Part shown: positions 14,183-30,447 of the stretch, in pieces
Position numbering within the stretch: the first letter of the stretch is position 1
How the letters are laid out: each line of letters starts with the position of its first letter
NCBI RefSeq assembly: GCF_009914755.1
Contig: NC_060926.1
DNA length: 64,000 nt
Origin: the human T2T-CHM13v2.0 reference genome, Homo sapiens
Direction: 5' to 3' (one strand)
Program-made: the position numbers and the translations under genes
Notes under the pieces: model-generated
The model's database searches: none
Seen by the model: the letters and a program-made list of their open reading frames with translations, nothing else
What the model was told of the DNA's origin: nothing

Positions 14183-14473
14183 CTAAAATGAAAATGGGTT
14201 TTAATGTAACAATCTCACTCTTTTAAATTATATCACCTCCTAACCCATCTTCCTATGTACTGTATATTTGACAATCTGAAGCATTTAAAAAATCGAACGT
14301 AAATATTTGTGGTATATGTTTCAATGGCATACATTTTGTAACCCCTAGCATTACTTCAGAACCTCTATATCCAGGTAGAAGTTTATTGCACTTATGCAAG
14401 GCACCATGTTAGGCGTTTTGGAGACATCAAAGTGGAATAGACATGCTTCCTTCAGATTTAAAATCTTTCTGAC

Positions 14474-14764
<291 letters not shown>

Positions 14765-15432
14765 TTATACTTTCTTTATTGATCTACTTTATGCCTCCAA
14801 TATCTTTCCAATCAAATGACTCAGTTTCATATAAAGGCCAGAGACAATGTAAAGACAAAGAATCCTCAGGTCTTGGGCCCCCAGGCTAACTATGGAAGCC
14901 CAGTTGAAAACAGACTCCCAGGCTGACTATGGAAGTCTGACTTAAAGTCACTGTATCCTCTGAACTATGATTCACTATTGAGACTGGAGCAAAAATTAAA
15001 TTTATCAGACAAGAGCTTACAACATATGAAAGATGAAGAATTTCAATATATGAAAAGTTGTCCCAGTGTGAAATGCCTTTCTAACCATCTGTAGGCATAC
15101 TGTTGTCAACGCTGACTTATTTTTAGAATTTGGCAGACAAATGTGAGTTATACCTGAAGAGTTCTTCACATGGGTAATGCACCTCTCACTCTACCCCTTC
15201 ACGAGATTTCCCGAGGGTGGCATCTTTGCCACTTTGGAACTGTGGCACTCCACAAAAATCTCCGGGAAAATCATTAATATTTTGCTATCAGATCTACTTG
15301 TCTTTAGCAGCAAAAATGGAATATTTCAGTCTTATCTGTAATCTAAAAGACTTTTTTCCCTACAAAGCAACTTTTCTATGTGTAGTTAAAATCATTAAAG
15401 CAACATCATTAACTCTCAGCGTTTCAACTTAC

Positions 15433-15520
15433 ATTGCACAGTGCAGTGGAGTAAAGGGATTACCGATAAATTTGCGAAAACATTTTTGCTCCAAAAGTAC
15501 CTCTATACAGTTTTCATTAC
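15433..15520 (-). CDS. ANKRD44: ANKRD44 coding exon (about 22): (G)NENCIEVLLEQKCFRKFIGNPFTPLHCA(I)
   Basis: ttgcag|GTAATG...GCAAT|gtaagt; 88 nt, phase consistent. Confidence 0.96.
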
Positions 15521-16129
15521 CTGCAAGAAATAAAAATAATTTAGGGAGTTTCCAAGAAAGAAATTTTGTTCAACCCAATCTGCTTTTTCATTAAGTATTG
15601 AGTTTTTGGTTTATGAATTTTCCTGAATTGGCTGAACATTCATTCTCCATGAAATAATATTAACAAAATGCCAAAATGTTATTAACATGTTCACAGGTGT
15701 TCTGAGACTTAATGAACAAATAAAACAATGAAGGTCATATGGTCTGGTGAAGAGAGACAGAGAAGATGACTCATTTGCAAGCAGAATATATTCTGTTTTA
15801 TTCTCAGCTCTTGAAAGATAGATGCCTCACACAGGCATGCTTCAATTTGTCCACATTTATAAGAGGAAATGTACCTTTCACCCATACAAATACTTCCACT
15901 TACATTATGCATTCTAGTGGAGAGGCGAAACTGTGATTAGGAGAAAACAGTATTTGAGATAATGCATGTGAAAATTGACTATAAAATACTATATGTGTTT
16001 TAACTGCCCCCAAGAACAGTTCTTGGCACATCATGGGCATTCAGTAAGCACTATTCAAATAAGTAGATGAATGAATATGTGAAATTATTTTCAACAAAAT
16101 GGTAGGTAGTTTCCAAATCAACTGAATTC

Positions 16130-16290
16130 AAGTTAAGTAAGGTCCTAGCTGTCAGCTTACTTGTTATGTGATCTGAGGCAATTTACTTGGGATCTCTGAG
16201 CCTCAGTTTCTCACATATTCAAAACTGGACTAGGAATACCTGCCCTACCTATGTCACAGGATGGTGAGAACTTTACTCAATAAAGGGCCT
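16130..16290 (+). mobile_element. MIR SINE (similar MIR-like patches near 20170-20350, 27880-28050, 33080-33300, 36800-36980, 38620-38760)
   Basis: Core tctctgagcctcagtttctc...aatacctgccctacc...tcacaggatggtgag. Confidence 0.65.
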
Positions 16291-16704
16291 CAGTGTGGTT
16301 TGTGACGTTCTATACAATTGTAAGACAGATCTTGCTGCCTGGTATTGTCTCCCAGGAAGAAGGGTGATGGTTCCCCAGCCTGACTAAGCATTCCCTCATT
16401 ACAGACCTGGTTAAAACAAAAAACAAAAAACAACGACAAAGTCTCTGTGGTTCTCAATTCTAATGTGGGAAGGCATTGCCATTTTGCTTTGCAACACAGA
16501 TTGTCCTGAAACCTCTTCTTGGTTGAACTCAGTGCTAAGTTAGTGAAAGTTCCCTTATGATCTACCTCAGAATGATGTAGATGGGACAATTTGAAATATT
16601 AAAATACAAATCAAACTTTTCTTATATCTAAAAAGAGAATAGGCAATATTGCTTTTAGACAGATTAAAAAGCTTATGAAGTAATAAATATAAAAAACTGG
16701 CAGT

Positions 16705-17000
<296 letters not shown>

Positions 17001-19373
17001 GCCAGCAGCTCTAGGAAAGTTGTATGATTTAGCCTTCCAACTAACTACATGGAACCCTCATTGAAATAGTCCCAGACACCTCAAGTCTTCCAAAGGATCT
17101 AGCTTAGGGTAGCATCCACACATAGCATTCCTTAAGTGGGGACTATATGAATCCCAATTTAAGAGTCTGTACAGGTAGGACTGGAGATGACTGAGCTCCT
17201 TTCAATATTTCAAAGTGCCTAGTAAAAAGGAGTCTGGGAAGATGGGAGCTTGAAACTCAGTCCTGGACAAAGGCTGCACTGAAAGGGTGAACGGCTTAGG
17301 AGGAGACTGCTCCTCCTCCCCTGCCTGTACCTGGAGAGGCTAGGAACACAGACACCTCTCACCCTGAGCCCTGAAGAGAGGATCTGGTCTGTGTCAGGTT
17401 TGCGGCCCGCCATTATAATCAGCACTCTCACTGCATCCTTCTCCTCTTGTAGGTTCTCCAGTGCCAGAGAGCTCCCACAGCTTGACCCAGATGGGGGTCA
17501 CCCATTAGTAGGTTAAAAAAAAAAATCACAATCCTCCAATGGCAGGAAGGGAACAAAACCAAGTTGAGGAAATAGAAAATTTGGCTCTTACTGAGCAGAA
17601 TGAATGAAAAAAGAGGACCGTAGTGAAAACACAGTAAGAGGTCTTAAATTGATATAATTAGAACACACACACACACACACAAACGCCTTTTGTGGAACTA
17701 TTAATGGTTTCTAAATTAAAATTTTAATTGACTAATTGAAAATGTAAAAAGAAAATTATAGAAGCAAAGTAAAAAATACATGGGAAAATATCCATATAAT
17801 CTTAGGGGTAGGAGACCTTTTGAAGAGAGACTGGAAACCTGGAAACCATACAAAATCTGATAGGATCTTGGTTTTGTTCATTGACATATTTCAAGTATCT
17901 AAACAGTAGCTGCCATTGTAGTTATTCAATACATATTTGTTGAAAATATAATAGAAATGTATCTCTGTAACTGATTCAAGTACATAAAAGCTCAAAATCT
18001 CTAAGTGGAAAAAAACATCCTAAACAAGGAACAAAAATATTCATATTTCTAAGACATTCATATCATTAAACATTCATTCATATCACATTCTTATCACCAA
18101 GACAAGGTGCTCCCACAAGCATACGAGAAAAGATAAATAGCTCAATAGGAAAAAAGTGAACAGTGGATGGAAAAAGTAATTTCTAGAAGAAGAAATACAA
18201 ATAGCCAGGGTACTATTAGATAGGGAAATGCAAATTGAAACAAGAAGATACCTTTTGCCTCTCAAATCGACAAAAATTTAAAAAGGTGTTATTCTGGGTT
18301 GGCAAGCATGAGGAAAAACACTAACTTTTATACAAATGTTTGGTGAAATAATAAATTTTGATATCCTTTTTGCAAAATAATATGGTATAATTTATTAAAA
18401 TTAAAAAATACACAAACCCCCTTACTCAATAATTTTATTTCTGGAAACTTATCTGAGAGAATTTATGGTACCATAATATGGACATGCACATTGCTGCATT
18501 GCTTGTAATAGGAAAAAAGAAATCTGAATGTCAATCCACAGAAACCTGGTTGAATAAATAATAAGTTCTGGTATACATATTGCTATGAAATAATATACAA
18601 CCATTATAAGATCAATCCATATTGATACATATTGACTTGTAAGAATATCTGCAATACAATTTAAACACCAACAAAAAATTATAGAATGGCTGCTATTTGT
18701 TCTATAATTCCAGTTTCAAAAAATATACACATTAATTTATAATTATTTATATTTTCAAAGGAAAAATTATGAAAGATGCACACAAAATTACATTAGAAAG
18801 TAGGTTTAGAAATGGAAACAATTTTACTTCAGATATTTCTGTACTTTGGAATTGGTATAATTAGGATGCATTTTTAAATTAAGTGAAATACAAATTTAAA
18901 AATCTCCCAAATAATAAGTACAACAAAATAAATAAGGAATATGAAACACAACAAACACCAAAAGATGAACCATGCATCTACTAGTAATCAATTGTGACAG
19001 GTTATTAAATTATATACATATATTTGGTATTAGTTTTATTATTTTAATCCCTTGTGGGATCCTGGTTATATTATATAGATCAGAAACCCTGAATAAAATT
19101 GGTCATTTAAGCTTATCGGTTCTGATTACGGTTAAGTGTTAATGATTAACTAAAAGGGGAAAGTGAACTTTTACTCAGTTAAGGCATCACAGCAGCTGTG
19201 GAGGGGTGAGAACTATTAAAAAAACAAACAAAATACACAAAAAAGATATCTTGGATGCAGAAAGATTAGAAACCATGGTTTGCAGAATTACATAAGGCTC
19301 TCACCTCCACTGAGCTCACAGTGGTCCTGGGGTAGGAAGTCTAGTGGAATCAGTCAAATGATAAGCAACTCAC

Positions 19374-19590
19374 CATTGTAACAAGCCCAGTGCAGCGGCG
19401 TGTAGCCTTGGTTATCTTTGAAACAACAGTCCTCCTCAGAAAGAGCCATTTGGAGCAGCTCGCTCAGCCACGTGGCGTGGCCACGAGCAGCTGCATAGTG
19501 CAAGGGCGTCCTCCCTCTGGAATCTTTACAGAGAATTGACACTTCTTGTTCCAGCAGCATTTGCACACATTCCTCGTGTCCTGTCATAAT
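19374..19590 (-). CDS. ANKRD44: ANKRD44 coding exon (about 21): IMTGHEECVQMLLEQ...GYTPLHWACYN(G)
   Basis: catcag|ATTATG...TACAATG|gtgagt; 217 nt; lies within ORF 19354..19614; two TPLH ankyrin motifs. Confidence 0.97.
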
Positions 19591-19840
19591 CTGATGCATT
19601 GTAATTAAAAACACAAAACAAACCTCAGAAGACTAAGGAAGCAAAGCAGTTGGCTAAGTGAGGCTGGGCTTAGAGCAAGTGGACATATGCCTGGGTCTTT
19701 AAGGAAGGCAGACTCTGTCCTATTTCAAGGGCAGAAGGCAGGACAACCTCAGCAAAATTCATAGCAGAAAAATCTGTGAACATCAGCATTTTCGAAATAT
19801 CTCTTGCCTCTCCTGACAACTGTGAAAGATATCATGATGC

Positions 19841-20137
<297 letters not shown>

Positions 20138-20503
20138 GAAAGATATCATGATGCAGCAGTAAACATGAGTTTTAGAATCAGGAAGATCTAAGTGAAATCT
20201 TGGCACCCCTGTGACAGGTCAGTTCGCCTCTCCATCCCTCACTCTATTCACCTATATATAAGAATAGTAATAACAACTTCAGAGGACGTTGTGAGGACTG
20301 AGATAACAGATGCAAAGGCTCTCAGCTTGTTGTACAGCACACAGGAAGCAACTGAGAAATAAAAACTATGACTGTGACAATGATCACATAGCGTTCCTCT
20401 TCTCTTCATTTATCAGTGTACTTGGTACCAGCCCAAAATAGCAATTTTATGATTTCTGCTTGTGTTTACTTAGTTTATTTGGCATGCTTTAAAAAACAGT
20501 TCA

Positions 20504-20790
20504 GAGGGTGCAAGTGGCTAATGCCTGTAATCCCAGCACTTTGTGAGGTGGAGGCAGGAGGATCACTTGAGCCCAGCAGTTCGAGACCTGCCTGGGCAAC
20601 ATGGCAAAACCCCATCTCAACAGAAAATACAAAAATTAGCTGGGCATGCTGGCATGCACCTGTGGTCCCAGTTACTCGGGGGAGTTGAGGTGGGAGGATC
20701 ATTGAGCCTGGGAGGTGGAGGTTGCAGTGAGCTGAGATTGTGCCACTACACTCCAGCCTGGGTGATAAGAGTGAGATTAAAAAAAAAAAA
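20504..20790 (+). mobile_element. AluJ
   Basis: ggaggatcacttgagccc diagnostic. Confidence 0.9.
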
Positions 20791-21485
20791 CCAAACACTT
20801 CAACAGATGTGTGCAAATAATTGCCCACAGGATACATATTTTGGCATTATTTGTAAGGACAAACAATTAGAAATTGCATAACTACTGAAAACCAGGTAAT
20901 CATTGAAATAAACTATGACACTTGAACACAATGAGGCATTAAAAATCATGATGCAGAAAAAAATGAAATGAAAAAAGATCCTTGATATACTAAGAGAAAA
21001 AAGCAGAATCCAAATGATATCTTCAGTATTCTCTTTTTAAAATCTAAAACAAATCTATATATAGAAAAAAGATTGGAGATAATATACATCAAATAGTGGT
21101 TATCTCCAGGAGGTATGATTACTGGTGATTGTGATTTTCTTCTCTGGGCTTTAAAAAAAAATATTCTGCAAATTTTCTATGATATACTTGTATTTTGTAG
21201 TCAGAAAGCAGAACCAATTTCACCAGCAGTAGGTGTTCATGCATCTATTATCACAATCTAACATGAAATCTTAAGAGCAAAACCTTCCATTATTTTGCCT
21301 TTGCCAAGGATTTTGTAATTTCTTTTGGACTGAATAAGGTTAATTGGTTGTATTAGGAAACAATTTTTGCTAAACATTTTTTGCTAAAAATCCAATCAAA
21401 GTAGGCCCTTTGTAATTGTTTGCTAAAAAAGAAAACAAGCTCATTAAAAAAATTGCTTGACTAGAGCTGAGAAAGATGTACATAC

Positions 21486-21603
21486 CCCTCTGTGTAAAGC
21501 TGTGCATCCTAGGATGTCAACAGTGTCTACGTTGGCTTCCTTTTCAAGTAACAATGAAACAGCGTCAATATGTCCATATGCTACTGCAAGCATCAGTGGT
21601 GTT
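21486..21603 (-). CDS. ANKRD44: ANKRD44 coding exon (about 20): TPLMLAVAYGHIDAVSLLLEKEANVDTVDILGCTALHRG
   Basis: gcctag|AACACC...AGAGGG|gtatgt; 118 nt; ankyrin repeat. Confidence 0.96.
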
Positions 21604-22627
21604 CTAGGCAGAGAGATAAAGCAGGCTTTTAAAAAGGAGATTTAAAAAAATATTCATCACTACCAGTAGGAAGACATTCTCTTTCTCTCTCCCATTCTCT
21701 TCCCCTCTCCTTTTGACAATTTCTTAATATTTTCTAAGTGTCCCCAGTTTGCTATACAATATGCAGAACAAGCTATCTGCCTCTGCTCTAATGGCCACAT
21801 GGAATGTTGTTAGTGGAATGATCCCTAGGGATGAGGCAGGGGAAGCTTCCTTTTCAAAATATTCATGTTAATCCCATCATTTTCAGATCCATGTAGCATT
21901 TACTAGATATCAAGGGCGGGGAGTATGTGTATGCAGAAGCCCCTCTTGCTTCCATCAGAGCAGCTCTACTTTGTAGTATTCTATGTTGGACTTCTGCTAA
22001 AGATTTCATTTACACAAAGCTTCTTTCCCTAAAGAAAAGTCTGTCAAGTCTCAGGGAAAGAATGAAGTGTTGTGATGCAAGAGGGAGGTGAGATTCTGAC
22101 TATCACACTGATTCACATGCCTGGGGCTAGTCACTGCTGACTTTTGCTCTGCATTTCCTATTTGTAAGAGAAGATTAGGTGGGGAATATGCCAACAGAAG
22201 GAAATTACTTTGAAAAAGCAAAGTTGAGGAAGAAAAGGCATCTGAAGGATTTTAATAATAGAGATAACCTCATGAGGTCTGTCCTATTTATTAATTAGAA
22301 AATGGCAATGGTGTAGCAGCTTCAGAAGAAGGTAAAAATGGGCGGAAAGAGGGAACAAAGGAGAGAATATAAATAAGAGCCGGGAAACATGGCCACAGCC
22401 CTTAAAAAGGTGATCCTTTCATCAAGACATGTGCACACCCACTCCTTCATGCTTTTCTTGGATATACGCACTGTGACTTAAAGCCACCTCATTGTGTATT
22501 GGTCCTGGTCCAAATATATTCCCCCAATTTCTCGGTTCCGCAGTCAGCCTTGTAATGATTTAAGAAACCAACCAGGTAGCTGCTGTGATTGAAATGTCAA
22601 CCCAAGGCCACGTGTGAGCGCACTTAC

Positions 22628-22715
22628 TGTCCTTTGGCATCTTTCACATCGACCGCCTCCGGGTTGTCTGCAATTTCTAGCAACAGCCGTAAACACAGTG
22701 TGTGACCATTAATTA
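22628..22715 (-). CDS. ANKRD44: ANKRD44 coding exon (about 19): (V)[28 protein letters not shown](Q)
   Basis: tttcag|TAATTAAT...GGACA|gtaagt; 88 nt, phase 1/2, consistent with both neighbours. Confidence 0.96.
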
Positions 22716-22779
22716 CTGAAAAAGAAAACAGTGGACAGTCTTTTAACAGAACAACACTACACATATCTCTTCCAAATGA

Positions 22780-23352
<573 letters not shown>

Positions 23353-23679
23353 CCAAGTGACATTTATTTGGACTTCAAATCAGTGGTTTTCCATTGTTGC
23401 CGCTGGATCCCCCTCGGCTTCCAGCTCAAGGTAGTTTCCAGGCAGAGTGCCTCTGTGTTAATCTGTCTTCCCCCTTCTTCCTAGCAGGGTGCATTGATCC
23501 CCACCTTCCTTTTCTAGTTCCTGTGTTGAGGGTTTTTTCTTACACTTGGGGTCCTTTCTTATCTCCTGTCATGGGACTAATAATCTCTCCCCACTAGTCA
23601 GCTCCCCTTTTTGTTCCTCTGAGTCACCCAATTCCATATAATCATACTGTATCTACCCTGCCTCCAACCCCTTTAAAAA

Positions 23680-24290
23680 GAAGGAAGAAGGGAGAGAAGG
23701 GAGTGGAAGTGTGAGGGGAGCAGGAGCAGGATGGAGGAGGAGGAGGAAGGCGAGGAAGGAAGGAGAGAAGTGGAGGGGAGAGGGGAGACGGTCAGAAGGG
23801 AAGGGAGTAGGGACCTGGGGCCGCCTCTTCTCCCAGGTCGTTTTACATTCTGAGGTAGATATTCAGAAGAGGTATTCCTGCAATAGCTCTGACTGATGGG
23901 TGGTGGCAGAAAACAAAACCTCACACCGGCTGGGTGTGCACGCTCCATCCGCTCACTGTTGAGTGACGGTCCCTCAGCCCCACGGTCACCGAGCCACAGG
24001 CGGCGCTTTCTCTGACTTCCCAGGCGTCCTCGTGCCTGGCCGAGGTGTGACTGGGCTCCCTGGGAGCCCTTTCCTAGGCCAGACTGGGCCTCCCCCTGCC
24101 CCTCCTCGCCCAGCGGACCGAGTGGGGGCCAATGTGGGCAGGAAATGCGGCCCCCATGCGGGGCAGGCCTGGACCGGCTGGGGCGGGAGCACTGGATGCA
24201 CTCCTGTGCACACCAATTCCAGGCAGCTTTAGAAGGCTGTAGTGGTCCCACAGGGGCTGGGAAGCAAACCTGTGATGATAACCTCAGGGT
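23680..24290. promoter_or_regulatory. Intronic GC/CpG-rich island-like element (candidate promoter/enhancer)
   Basis: Roughly 18 CpGs in ~23920-24190 outside any Alu, in an AT-rich CpG-poor intron; GC box ggggcggg; purine-rich GGA tract at 23676-23820. Confidence 0.6.
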
Positions 24291-25069
24291 AAGCTGCTTT
24301 CTGCCAGGCTATTGAACGCAAACCAAAGCCTTATGATAGGCATGACTTCCCACTCAGGGAGTAAGATGAGAGCAACCGTGGTTAAAATTCCAAACGTGAC
24401 CTTCTCTCCTCTCTAACAATGAGAAGGCCACAAAGTACATTGTATTTGCCACATTATGGATGTGGAGAGAGAAGGGAATAGACGCCGCTATGTGAGGTTG
24501 ATAAAGGCTCTCCTAAGAGCTGCATTTTACAGACCTTTTATTTGCTTGCCAGCCACGAGAGAATGCTAATTTAACAATGACACATTTTTTCAGGGACAAT
24601 ACATACATACTGGAATTAGCTTGCATTCATCAACAGCACTCAAATGAACTACAGGAATAATGTGCACATTTTGTAGACCATTGCATTCAGCTAATTCTCA
24701 GCAACATTCCATTTATGTATCTCGGGAGGAAATTCTGTGGATTGGAGTACAGGTAATATGTCGTTGCTGCTGCTGTTATGTTTTTTGTTCTTACAATTAC
24801 ACTAAATCTGCTACCATTGGTGAAGTAGGCAAGAAGTTTAATGTATGGCTAAAAGGAAATGACTGGCAAAGGACTGACAGCTGAATACTGCAGATGGCAG
24901 GTTCATGAACATGGAAAAACAGCATATTTTGACTGGTTCCTCTTTCTGTAGCAACTTAATACTCTAAATAGTCATAATCATAATAGTTCAAGTGACATTT
25001 GATATTTGGCTAAACATAAGAAGAAAAAAATTATCTAACTTCATATAACTCACCCAATGTGTTAGATAG

Positions 25070-25463
<394 letters not shown>

Positions 25464-25909
25464 TAAATCTAAGTTCCCCTGAAGTTGGTAGCCAAACTTA
25501 AATTCTCTTTGGCTTCCTACACACTACATTTCTTTTTCCCCAAATTGCCTTCTAGCAAAAAGATGCTAACATCTTTAGCTCTGCTGCCAAGTTCAGCTTT
25601 GTCTCAGACCAGCTCAGCCTCTTCCTATGAGTGACAACCATTTTTCACACGACTCAAAGACTACAAACTGTCACTCCAACTATCTGTGCCAAAACCTCTC
25701 ATACTCGTCCTGGCTCTTGCTCCTCATAGTGCTCTGAGGATTTGAAACTCAAAATATTGGCCTCTCAAAAAAGTTGAAAAAGATTTTGGGTAAGCAGATC
25801 CTCAAAGCACACGCTAAAGCTTCTGCACAGTAGACATTTTGTGAACAGTCCAGTGACAGTGTCTTTTTAGTGAATGACAGGAGGAAAACCCAAGCTGACT
25901 GAGTCTTCT

Positions 25910-25928
25910 TGACCACTAGGGGGCTTCA
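25910..25928 (+). promoter_or_regulatory. Candidate CTCF site
   Basis: tgaCCACTAGGGGGCttca closely matches the CTCF core CCAC(C/T)AG(G/A)GGGC. Confidence 0.55.
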
Positions 25929-27194
25929 CTGGACCACAACCCATATCACACTGGCAAATGAGTGAAAATGATTGTTCTTCATTGTTTACCTGTTTATAAG
26001 GGCGATTTTCCACAATCAAAGTAGGCCCTTTGTAATTGTCAGGAATTATATAATAACAAAAATAGGATGCTTCTCTTAAAAATAGCAACTAATCTTTTAA
26101 AAAGGAGGACAAAATTTGAATTTTATAATAATAACAAGAATGGCTGGGGAGAAAAAAGACTAAATGTGATGAGAAATGAGAATTTATAATTCAACCACAC
26201 CAACTATTACTAACCTTATGGCTAACGTTTTTTTTTTTTCCAGCAACAATCATTTCCAAGTAAGTAGGCAACAATTAGGTTTTTTCAACCTCTGTATTGT
26301 TTTTCTTCAGTGGCTTGGAAATTCAGGGACATAGATGGAAATAGTTTTTTACAAGGTCTATCATTCTGGGAAAATTTTCCCAAGTAACAAGAATCATAAA
26401 GTCTTTTGAAAAAGTATCTTCACTTATTTGCTTCCTCAATACACCCATTTCACCAAGTAAGACAGTTATTTATCGTTACAAAATGTTATCTACTACCCTA
26501 ATCAAAGGCTGATATCACTGGATTTCCTGAGCCAAAGATATCTATGCCTTAGCTGAGCTAGAGACTCTTCCATATTACCCTTATGTCTGTGTATATATCT
26601 AGAAGTGTCTTGACACAGGTTTTCATGGGCATGGAAGAAAAATCCCAGAAAAGGCAAATGACTTTCTTTTTGATATATACATGTACTTTTAAAGCGTCTT
26701 GATTTTTACATCGATGTGTAAAAAAGCTAAGAAACATCATTTAGGCTGGCAGAATGATGTACTGATTGCTGCCTTATGATTCCTTATGCGAAATAGCCCT
26801 GAATACATTAATATGAATATGAAATAGCCATAAAACCTGCTATTGGTTTTATGCTTTCAAATACTGTTTGATTTTGATGTATTTTGTTCTATGTAACTTG
26901 TTCTGAAGATTGCATTACACCTTGCCCTTTGTTCAGAATGTTTTGTGGTAGCTTTTAGCCAAAAGTTCTGAACTCTCTTTTGAGTTAACAAGGCCAGAGC
27001 ACCTGGCCAGAGAACACCAATCACCTCCAAGAGGATAGCAGGCCAAAAGCATTTTGGAAGTGTGGAAGTGCATCTGATGTGGAAAGAAAATTGATATTTA
27101 AAAAACTGGGATGAAAGAAGATGCTGCTTTCCTTCTATTAAAACTTACGAACAAGCCACAAAACTAGGGTAATCAGGCCCTTGACAAGACCTAC

Positions 27195-27396
27195 CTGAGG
27201 CATGAAGTGGGGTTCTTTTGGTTACATTGTCTTTCACAAAGATGGATGCGCCCTGATTGATAAGCGCTTCCACACATTCTGTGTGTCCTTTAAAGGCAGC
27301 CAGATCCAGAGCAGTGCGGCCTTTCTCATCCCTGATGTCCAGGTCCACCAACGACTGCAGAAGGACTTCCAAGGCTTGATGGTGCCCATTGTAGGC
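27195..27396 (-). CDS. ANKRD44: ANKRD44 coding exon (about 18): AYNGHHQALEVLLQ...KRTPLHAS
   Basis: ttgcag|GCCTAC...GCCTCAG|gtaggt; 202 nt; ankyrin repeats (GRTALDLAA, TPLHAS). Confidence 0.97.
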
Positions 27397-28189
27397 CTGC
27401 AAAGAAGAAACCAATGGCTCCCATGCTTGCTCGCTCACCTCAAATCCCGCCACAGTCCACAGGAGGGGCTGGGCTTCCTGGGCCATGGATAGAGACCACT
27501 CCCAAGAGCACGTCAGAAAAACACTTGGAATATTTATTAAAACACAGGCAAGCTGGAGAGTTAGACTGAAACACTACAATGCACAAACCTCACAGTTCCA
27601 TATGAGTTTCGTGTTCTTTCTCTTTTGTCACATAATTTGCTCCAAAGACACTGAATGTATTAATGTATTCTTATATTTATATCTACTGATCTAATCATCT
27701 AATATAAACTAACAGCTGAATGAATTACCATATTCTTTTATCTGTCAGTTCAGTCCTAAACATATTGGCATAATCAGAATTTTTTTCCAGGAGTCTTTTC
27801 TGATAACAAACCTGGGGGAAAAATTACTAAAAACATTGTGGACTTTGAGATACAACAGAGGCATATAGATGTTCTGTTATAGGCCAATTCTATACTAATT
27901 TCTAACTGTGTGACCTTAGGTGAGTTTCTTAATTTCACTTAGAGTTTGTTTCTTCATGTATAAGATGAGAGCAATCAAAGCTGCCTCCTAGGGTTGCTGT
28001 GAAGATGAAATTGCATAGGCTTTGCAAAATATCTTGCATGTAGCTAGTGCCTCTTTTCTCCTTTATTTCTTCCCCTGATTACAATGAAAAACATTTCATT
28101 ATAGAAACAATTATGGAAATACACTCCATGTAGCAGCACTAAGTTCAGACCTTTTATGAGGTCCTAAGCTATGTTAAGATTAAGAGGCT

Positions 28190-28489
<300 letters not shown>

Positions 28490-28571
28490 TGATGCTTTGT
28501 ACCATCAAAAAACAAAACTAAAAGTCTGAAAGATAATTTTTATTGAGTCTATAAGTTAAAAAATGTATTAG

Positions 28572-30447
<1,876 letters not shown>

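Noticed and set aside
15515-15522. AG|GTAATG at an exon start as a recursive splice site
   Set aside because: The reconstituted donor is weak, the intron is only ~4 kb, and the GT is explained by a split Gly codon.
23673-24251. 192-aa and overlapping ORFs in the GC-rich island
   Set aside because: Long ORFs in several frames are expected in GC-rich DNA, and the products are low-complexity with no domain.
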